A stretch of DNA of 64,000 nt from positions 17,754,101 to 17,818,100 of the forward strand of contig NC_092677.1 in NCBI RefSeq assembly GCF_964355755.1, in the 5' to 3' direction. The position numbers and the translations under genes are program-made. Numbering within the stretch: the stretch's first letter is position 1; each line of letters begins with the position of its first letter. This DNA is from Antedon mediterranea. Lineage: Eukaryota > Animalia > Echinodermata. The notes beneath the pieces are model-generated. The model had not been told where the DNA came from and searched no databases. It saw only the letters and a program-made list of their open reading frames with translations. Positions 55,273 to 64,000 of this stretch are shown here, in pieces.

Positions 55273-55302
55273 AATAATAATAATAATAATAATAATAATA
55301 AT
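55273..55302. repeat. (AAT)10 microsatellite
   Basis: Read directly from the sequence. Confidence 0.95.
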
Positions 55303-57268
55303 TTATTTGGAGATTACACTTTTACAACAGTGGCACTCGACCAAATGGAAGGTGCATCCAAAAGAAATGTACAAAAAAAGACAACATGTACAAAGCTGTT
55401 CAGGATAAAATGTCATTCTGCAATCGTTCATGTTTTTTAAGCGTTTTTAGCGTGCACAGAATGGTACATCATGAAATCGAAATCTACCTAAAATTTGTCT
55501 ATGCAGCCGCTTACAATTAAATTTGTAATATAAAACAGAAATATTCTACAGCACTAATGATACTGACAATCCTTTGGGATTTGAACATATCAATTCCACA
55601 AACTAAGTGTGAAAAATAAATGGGCTAGGCCTAAATACATACAATTATTTCTTGTTAAATAGTTTTCTAGCATAGCATCAAAATCTGTATAATTAGAAAT
55701 AATTAACTAGATGAAATTGATTTTATTTTCATAACACCAAAAGAATCATTTAGTTAATAAAATAGCATCAGGAAATGACACTGAAGGGGAGATCAAAGGT
55801 ATAGGAGAGTCGCACTCTGTAAAAACAATTGTGTTAAAAATAATTAAACGAATTGTGATTCTTGCAGCTAGATCTCATTTACCATTAATAGCTGTGTTGC
55901 TATTCCTCTTAATGCTCAAGACATATGACGCTTGATTGATCACAGTCCACCGCAATGATCATACCATTATTTGTGAACACTATACAGTAAAAAAAAACCA
56001 ATTGTTTTGGTTAAAAACCATGTGATGGGACAATAGACAGGTAGTAAGGGCATTTAGTCTTGGCCATTCAGTTGATAACAGTCATAGGATCAGTGGCAAA
56101 GTTTTGTTTTTATTTTTTTACAAGAGATTAAGAAGCTTTTATGTATCAAAACCTCTTTGAGGTGTCGGCTTTGTTTTATACAACATTAGAAATACAAAAG
56201 ATATTCTTGTCGGCTACAACAGTATTACTAACAGTATTACTAAACTTAGTCAGATTAGCAGGGGTAAATCAAAGGGAAAACTGTCTTTAATGGCACAATG
56301 GTGTCTTTCCATCAGAACAGAAGAGAGATGCAATTCTTGAAATAAAGAAATGACAACAGCTAATAGGCCAGTTACTAACATTTTATAAAAGTGAACCCAA
56401 AAATATTTAGTTTCCAAAAACAAGCAGAATCAGGAACATGGAATTTCATGTTGAAGCAGAAAGCTTTTTCAGATGTTTCCTCTGATAGACACTCAATTCT
56501 ATATACGCTTTTAGGATTCAAATTTAGTGATAAATTGTGTCTAAGAGAATTGATATTTTAATTCTGCTAAAAACCTCTCTTATACCACACAACATTGTTC
56601 AAAAGAGAAATTGATTTTCATGGATACAAGAAAAGGTTAATGTTTTTAAAATGAGGATAAGATGAATTGTAATAAAACAACCCCAAACAAATCAATCTTC
56701 ATTGTAAAGTTTTAAATTGATCACTATTTACTGAAAAAAAAAATCATTAAGCAGGCATTCTTTAGAAAGACAACATAAAACGAATAAGCCTAAATGATTT
56801 GGTATTATGAAGAATAGATACACTGAATGATAGATGTTAATGGTTAAACACCCAGAAGATTCGACCAATGAGAATCCTATCTGTGAGTCATGGATTTCAG
56901 ATCCTAAGATACGATTAAGTGATAGATACAGTGTAGTGCCTTGTCCATCTGCTAACACCTATTGTCTTTCTACTTTTGTTTTGTTGCTTCTTACACAGTC
57001 TTCTGTGCTAAGGCTTTATAGATACCTTTGAATAGTGTGGTTATTGATTAAAAGTATTTGATAGTAATACATAACACTATTGTAAAAGAATGATAAATTC
57101 TCCAGAGATTAGCCTATTAAATAATGTATTTTTCCCAGATTATCTTTCAATAAATAGCATTTATCATCAAATATTATTGAAAATGTATTGCAACTGTTGC
57201 TTGATGGTTGGTTTAGTGTGGTGCATTTTCAGGGCTTTATTAGGAGGCAGTAAGACTTTTCTAATATT

Positions 57269-57379
57269 GCCTAACTGCATAGGGCCTAACTGCATAGGGC
57301 CTAACTGCATAGGGCCTAACTGCATAGGGCCTAACTGCATAGGGCCTAACTGCATAGGGCCTAACTGCATAAGGCCTAA
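57269..57379. repeat. 15-bp minisatellite (GCCTAACTGCATAGG)x7.4
   Basis: Six identical units, one with a single change, and a partial unit. Confidence 0.97.
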
Positions 57380-60300
57380 AAGAACCATTATTTTAGTTAC
57401 TATAACCAAATAATCTAAAGAAAAGAAAATTAGTTTTGAAATACAAAATAATGAATATCTATGAATGGGAAGAATATTTTGAAAGATTGTTCTATTCCAA
57501 CAGTTAAACAGAGCATAGCAATTATAGACAGTGCACTCTAGAGGTGGGTTTATTGTTGGCTATTTTGTTATATCTTTTTACAAGCTGACCATGCAATAGT
57601 CCTCTTTAAATGAAAGAAACGGCATGTTGATACAAAAATAACCAATCAAATTGCAAGGAGACGGAAGGAATGTTATAAAAAGTTATATATGAAAATTAAT
57701 AGTGATTTCACTCTTTCTTGATTAAATTAACTTCCTTGATTACACAGATTTTTAGTCAAATCATTCTCCTATTAATTGAAAATCTATGACATAAGGGTTC
57801 AGATCTTTGAAAACGAGTAGTTCTAATTCTTCTGTGGCTTGAAACATTACATCCATCACAGCCAGGAAATTCCACACACTATGTCAATGTGGTAGAACAT
57901 ATCGATATTATGTGCTCTTTAGAAACACAGTGTTATTCCTTGCTTATAGGAATTAATAAACTGGTGCGACTTCATTTGATAACAATTGTAATTATTAGTT
58001 GTTTATCGGAAGCTGGTATGAAGTGGTATATCAGTTTCATTGACGGCCTTAAGCTAGTTATAGTACCAAATCCATTTTAACTCCAGGCTAGGATTATTTC
58101 AATCAAGCAATACTATACAGAAGAATTGTACTAGCTACCACAGATTTATAAAGTCATTTCAATTAAAAGGAAGCACTAGGCTATTGGTTTTCATCAACTC
58201 AAATAATATACGTAATAATGAATGTAATATCTAGGAAATTAAACTTGTTATGATGCTGGTTTCATGTCATTGAACTAAATATTAGCGTATTAGAGAGGAG
58301 GAGAGATGTTCAATTTAATTTAGATTTAATCTACTTTATATCAAGTTGTTTTGTGAATTTACACGCTCCAAAATAGAAAATAAATCAAAATGGTTTTGAA
58401 TTATATCTTGCTGTTTGACTTATCTTAAATTGAAAGTTAGATTGAAATCAAATTGTATTTATTTTATTATCTGTTTTTGTTGCATATGCAACTATTTAAT
58501 CATTACAGACATTTTTTAAAGATCTCGGAACTTATGTTCATATCCGATGTTGGCTTATAAAGATATTATGATTTATCTCTCTGAAAATTATAGTACAAAA
58601 TTTTAATAAACATGGAACACATTTATCCTCTTTTGGATACTACTGTATAACTGAATTTTTGTAAAAGTAAAAAGAACTATGTAAGTCGACCTCTTTTATA
58701 TATAATTTTTAGTTATAAGACTGAGTTACTTTTTTGTATCAATTTATCATGACCATAATAAAAAACAAACTGTTATATGTATTTTGTTGTGAATAAATAA
58801 AGATTCACCACTAATACAACTATACAAATGAAAAACTTGATTTCAATTGTATATGCTTTAATCAAATGCTAGAATATCAAGAGAAATGTCTTTAATATAG
58901 GCTTAAGCAAAACCAAATTGCTATCCTTGCTATAGAGGGAATAGCCAATCTTTCTTTTTTGTCTTGGTCTAATTTTGGCCTGGAAGCATTTGGCCTATTT
59001 AAAGAGTCAGGTCTAATTTATTGAAGCAGTTTTGTGAGAGCTTTTATTTTCCTAATTCAAGAGATTGGAGCAGCTTTTCCCTCCCTTATTTCAAAATCCT
59101 GGATCCCCATCCAAACTTGATGTGTTGGTAAAAGGTAACAATGAAACTGGTACTTTATTGCAAAGTAGTATGACACACTTAACATTTTCAGCAGTACAAC
59201 GATAAATGCATAATCTAAATCTATTTATTAGCAAAATTTTCTATGTTGTGTTTCCATGGATCAGTCTAACATATTGTATGCTACAATATGTATAAATATA
59301 TTTGATATTAATATCATTACAATTTACATCAGTAGCTAATTAATTCAGTTGAGGTAGGCGTAAAATGGAGATGAGTAAACGAAAACGTCCCAAAAGGCCT
59401 TGAAAGTCAGTATCATTGTAGACAAAGTTAATGAAAGCTCTGCTACAGGATACAAAATCAATCAAAAATATTTACTCTGTCGCCGATTAGGGACACCATA
59501 CTTACCTCTAACATCTGCCCACTTGTAATAGTTTCTACTGTAAAAATGAACCTCTTATATAAATAATTACATATGTTTCTTTGTAATATTTATATTTGCT
59601 TACATGTGTATACACACTTGAACAATGTATACAAACTATTTGAACAAATATACATTTTGTAGACCAGATAGCGGCCACAATGAGTAACATTGTCTTATCA
59701 GATCAGTCCCCTTATAAACCTGACCTACTTTCAAATATCATTGATAATAGAAGACTAACAGAATACATTTCTCATAGTCATAAAATAAAGAGGAACTTTT
59801 GTTAAACTTGAAGGATAGATTTCAGTATAAAGCTTTACAATGTGTTACATTTTATAACAAAAATAACAGTTTTTTTATTGAGGTATAAAAATACCTACCT
59901 TATGATAAAATCATATATCATCATTGTATGGTTTTTATTGGCCTGGTAAAGGAGGATTTTAAGTTCAAAAGATAACAATATAATCTGTGTAACATATTAT
60001 GCAAAATTTAGTAAAAGTAAGATACCTTTGTTACTACAATAGAGCCATACACTTACTTCACAGTGTATTTAATAAATCATATTTACTATCACACTTCACA
60101 CTCAAAGTAGATGCTTAATTTACCTTTGATTAACATACAAAAATACTATTAATTATTTAGTTAAAACTTTATATATCCAGATAAATTGTATGTAATTGTG
60201 TAGTAGCTAAAGCTTCAGTTATATCTCGATAATCACATCATCCTTTGTGCTATCATTCATCTTGTTAAAAATACCAGGAATGAAATCGTTTGTGACTACT

Positions 60301-62247
60301 CGTCATCCGCAGATTAGCGGAAGTAGTATATATAATGATAGGAGATAACGCCGTTTGAACCATCCTCATTGAGTTAATTATACACGTAATGGTGATGCGT
60401 TTTTATCTGCAGCAATGTTTTTAAGAGAAATTTATGGCCTAAAAACTTGTCTGTTAGTTTTAACATTCATCATTTTGATAAGGACACACAAATAAAATAT
60501 TATTAAATGCTGAAAATCAATTATGAGAACTAAAAATATTTGCAATTTTTACATAGAATTATGAATATATTATGTATGAATCTATATAGTTTGTATATTA
60601 TAGAGTGTGTATTAATTCTATTCCATAAATTTGAAATATTTGAAATTATGCAATTAAAAACATACATAAAGAACATATTTTACTTGAGTATCCTAAATTC
60701 AAGAAAATAATGGAAAAAAAAGAGAGTAATATGTCAATATGTATTTGTAATAATTATGATGAACAAATAAATGTGGTAGATTACACCACAAAAGAGAAAA
60801 AAAAAGAAAAAAAAAGAACATATTTTACAATGAAAACAAATATTTGCTATATACAGTACAATTGAGAAAAATAGAAAATACCAAACCAAAGGTCTTTATC
60901 TGCAAACATTGATTGGACAACCAATAAACTGTTATTATAACTATAACAAAATTGAATAATATTGAAATTATTATTATTAAATGAGTTCAAATAAAAAAAT
61001 TATATTAAATTATCTGTATTAAAGTTGTAGCATACAAAAATGTAATAAACAACAATCAATTTCAACAATAACCTTTTAAAAATACCAATTAAATATTTAC
61101 AATCCACATTTTAAATCTCATTTTAATTCTAGTTATTTTAGTTACCTATAACAAACACTATATACTACTATTCTTTTGATGTTCGCGTTTGTGGTGTATT
61201 ATAGCAACCAATTATTGTTAAAAATGCCTTTGAATGAAAAATCAACAAGTAAACAGAAACAATACTCTTGTAATTGAAACTCCAAAGTTCCAAACACAAA
61301 ACATAGGAAATGGCATAATATACAATTTTATCAACAACAATCAAGCACAATTGTTTGTTGGTATTTTTGAAAGCATGTAGCCATCAGGCATTCACCAGTC
61401 CAGAAAACTTTTTGTTGCTATATGAAAAGAAATTACTGTAATCTTGCAGTAGCGATCTGAACTGATATCAAAGCATAACAAATAGGAAAATAATAGCGGT
61501 TTATACAAGTAGAATGGAGGGAGGGAATCAGATCCGAACTGGAGGGGGTAACATCAAAGGGTATCGGCACCTCAGTGGTATTAGCAGAAAACAATAGTAC
61601 ATTGAAACTAGTACAAAATTTAGATTAGCACAATTCGTAGGATTACTATATGTAAAGTCAGCCCTTTTTCGGGATCTGGTTGCCTGTAATCCAGTTGTGA
61701 AAAGGCTACAATAAACATACAATTGAATTTAAATACTGGTTCCACCTCTAGCTATATAGGTCTAAAGTGTATTTTAGACTTTAATCAAGGTATTTAGCGG
61801 AAGTTTTTTCTAAGCATCAAAGGAATGGGTGATAACAAACACCCCTTCCTTTCATCTGATAAGCTTTAGATGTGATAACCTAACAAAAGTAATAATAACG
61901 TTGTTTTGGTATTGATGACCCTATGTAAGATGTACTTTTTATTTTGTACTGTAAAAGTACCTGTTAATACAATGGATGTCATGCTTTACCAGTTATTTGT
62001 ACAGTAGTAACCTGTAAAATATAATAATAGGTTAGAAATTGCCAAATAAACTAATTCCAATTGTGGAGTTTAAATCAAATACTTGCACTAAACTAATGTA
62101 TTATCTCTGGTCAATTTGTTTTTTGGATTTTTTTTTGTTTATAAAGAAAAAAAAATTACTCCTAAAAATATATATAACTAAGTAGAAAGCTAAATTAACT
62201 GGAGAAAATGCTCAATACCATGGGTAGAGCTTAATACAATAATTATT

Positions 62248-62414
62248 GTATAAATCCAAAGGCAAATTACTGAAAAAATGACAATGCTGTAGGTATCAGT
62301 GGCTGGATCTCAATGGAGATACCAAAAAAAAAGCGAAAAGCTAAATCAAAACAATAAGTAAAACAGCCAGAAAAGTTAGCAGATCTTTCAGGTAACAGTA
62401 GCCCTTCATCAGTG

Positions 62415-62444
<30 letters not shown>
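62248..62444 (-). mobile_element. Penelope-like pseudo-LTR fragment (family B) abutting (TA)n
   Basis: Homologous to 42582-42760 and to 42989-43050. Confidence 0.75.
62379..62415 (-). ncRNA. Minimal hammerhead ribozyme (family B)
   Basis: ACA-CTGATGA-AGGGCTACTGTTACCT-GAAA-GA-TC-TGC. Confidence 0.6.
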
Positions 62445-62445
<1 letters not shown>

Positions 62446-62544
62446 TCAGGTTGAAATTTTCAGACCGTTTGGATAGAGTGCTCAATACCAAGGTAGAGCA
62501 TAAATAAAATAACAGCAGAAAACTTGGTTACTTCATTGTTTTAA

Positions 62545-62600
62545 TCACTACAAATTTGTTTCGTACGACCAGCATGTAGCTGGCCGCACTCTTCAGGTGA
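62545..62600 (-). ncRNA. Mirror copy of the family A hammerhead ribozyme
   Basis: Exact reverse complement of 62625-62680. Confidence 0.88.
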
Positions 62601-62624
62601 AATATAAAACATAAGTTTTATATT

Positions 62625-62680
62625 TCACCTGAAGAGTGCGGCCAGCTACATGCTGGTCGTACGAAACAAATTTGTAGTGA
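62625..62680 (+). ncRNA. Type I minimal hammerhead ribozyme, intact core (family A)
   Basis: TCAC-CTGAAGA-GTGCGGCCAGC-TACAT-GCTGGTCGTAC-GAAA-C-AAATTT-G-TA-GTGA. Stem I TCAC/GTGA, 11-bp stem II including G-U pairs, palindromic stem III, GUA cleavage triplet. Confidence 0.88.
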
Positions 62681-63044
62681 TTAAAACAATGAAGTAACCA
62701 AGTTTTCTGCTGTTATTTTATATATATATATATATATATATAATTTTTGGGAATTGGAGCATGATTATAAGTGGAAACATCATTTCATTTACATATGGTA
62801 TATTTTTTATACATTGAAAATTGTGTTTTGAGACACAAATACAAAACAGTGTTTCATAAGTGGAAACATCATTTAATTTTTTAAATCATTTACATATAGT
62901 ATTTTTTTTTATACAGTGAAAATTGTGTTTTGAAAAAAAGAACTGAGGGAGAACCTGTTACGGAAACAATTTGCACAAGAGATGATAGACAGGCAACGTT
63001 TACAGCTCAGTAAAACCTAAAAAATATAGCAATAACATTAGCAA

Positions 63045-63160
63045 AGGGTCAAGTCCACTAGCTCCATGGTTTTGTGGTAGAACGAGCCTTCTCGGAAAAG
63101 GACTTTAACCATAGGCCGGTACACCAGGCCCCATGGGAAAAGTTTTGACTGAACAGAGTA
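63045..63160 (+). mobile_element. Older tRNA/Deu-like SINE fragment
   Basis: GGGTCAAGTCC...GTGGTAGAACGAGCCTTCTCGGAAAAGGACTTTAACCATAGGCCGGTACAC matches 29500-29740 (minus). Confidence 0.55.
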
Positions 63161-63164
63161 TAAC

Positions 63165-64000
63165 TCCCGTATTCTTAAACCGGACTTTAGTCGTAGTTCG
63201 AAGTTCGATATGAAAAAGTCGTAGTTCGAGCTATTACTTCAAATTCGATTCATAAATGACGTAGTCAACGTTTGAGTTGGACTTAATGAAGTCGAGCTTT
63301 TAGTCGAGTTGCACACGTCTGGGTAACAAAGGCTATACATTGGCCAATGACAAGAGAGTATTTGAGGAGCAGACGAAATTTTGCGCATTGATATTACTTT
63401 CAATTTTCTTACAAAACTGTTTACGCATCCGGACTATATACATGAAAAATAATTTTAATCGTTAATTATTAGAACAAGATCAGTATTAATTTAACACAAG
63501 TACTTTTGATTAACAACAAACGAAATCTTCAAAATATATTTAGGAACCATGGGGGTACAGTAACTTTCATATTTTCTAGGCCTTCAACAAAGTATGATTG
63601 TGACGAACCACGCACTTTATATCGTGACAAGAAAGCGCTAGGCCCCCTAAACATTCCATCGCGTTTTGAATTTCCGCATCTCCCATTGTCGCTATGGCGT
63701 GACGTAGTTCAAGTCGGACTTGCGTGAAGAAAATAATGTAATTTGTATACGGTTTTAAATAAAGATGATTTTCGTTATTATAACATATACCAATTTATAT
63801 TTAATTAAGCTAATATAAAAATAGATATTTCATTCTTCAATATCTGGCAAGTATAACAACTCAATGACTGTTACGTTTTTTATAAACATCGTTTAAAAAC
63901 CATTTAGTCGACCATTTAGCCTGCCCCCTCCAGGACTAAAAAAATAGATCAAAATCCGTCTCAATTTAGTCAAGGTTGGCCTTATTTAGTCGGCGATTTA
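63165..64000. mobile_element. CpG-rich DNA transposon sequence, probably Harbinger-like, running off the window end
   Basis: Starts CCCGTATTCTTAAAC with repeated AGTCGTAGTTCGA and TTAGTCG subterminal motifs; no second TIR within the window. Confidence 0.5.

Larger units (their letters stand above)
62504..62721. repeat. Perfect palindrome (107-bp arms, 4-nt loop); inverted Penelope-like pseudo-LTR, family A
   Basis: 62504-62610 is the exact reverse complement of 62615-62721; followed by (TA)n. Confidence 0.97.

Noticed and set aside
57090-57413. ORFs with (PNCIG)n or (LGPMQ)n repeats; CRISPR-like array
   Set aside because: Translation of a 15-bp tandem repeat with no unique spacers, in eukaryotic DNA.
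61168-61722. Possible decayed CR1 reverse transcriptase (PLLFFLFV-like) on the minus strand
   Set aside because: Core PQG and ADD motifs are not recoverable by eye; needs a profile search.

Overview
AT-rich (roughly 30% GC, estimated by eye), CpG-poor eukaryotic DNA. It looks like an intronic or intergenic stretch of a marine invertebrate; a deuterostome/echinoderm origin is inferred only from the repeat types. I found no intact, recognisable protein-coding gene, and most ORFs in the track are spurious. The window is mainly transposon-derived: (1) five minimal hammerhead-ribozyme motifs in two families of Penelope-like pseudo-LTRs, including a perfect 218-bp palindrome with one intact ribozyme on each strand; (2) two young chimeric 5S rRNA + tRNA + Deu-domain SINEs and two fragments of an older Deu-like SINE; (3) several PIF/Harbinger-group elements, two of which keep only a Myb/SANT remnant; (4) a Helentron-type HINE with a nested insertion and an antisense tRNA-like Pol III cassette; (5) a family of TTAA MITEs, LINE 3' ends and minisatellites. 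The palindrome TAGGCCTA is strongly over-represented. Three isolated candidate exons may belong to host transcripts. All alignments and counts were done by eye.
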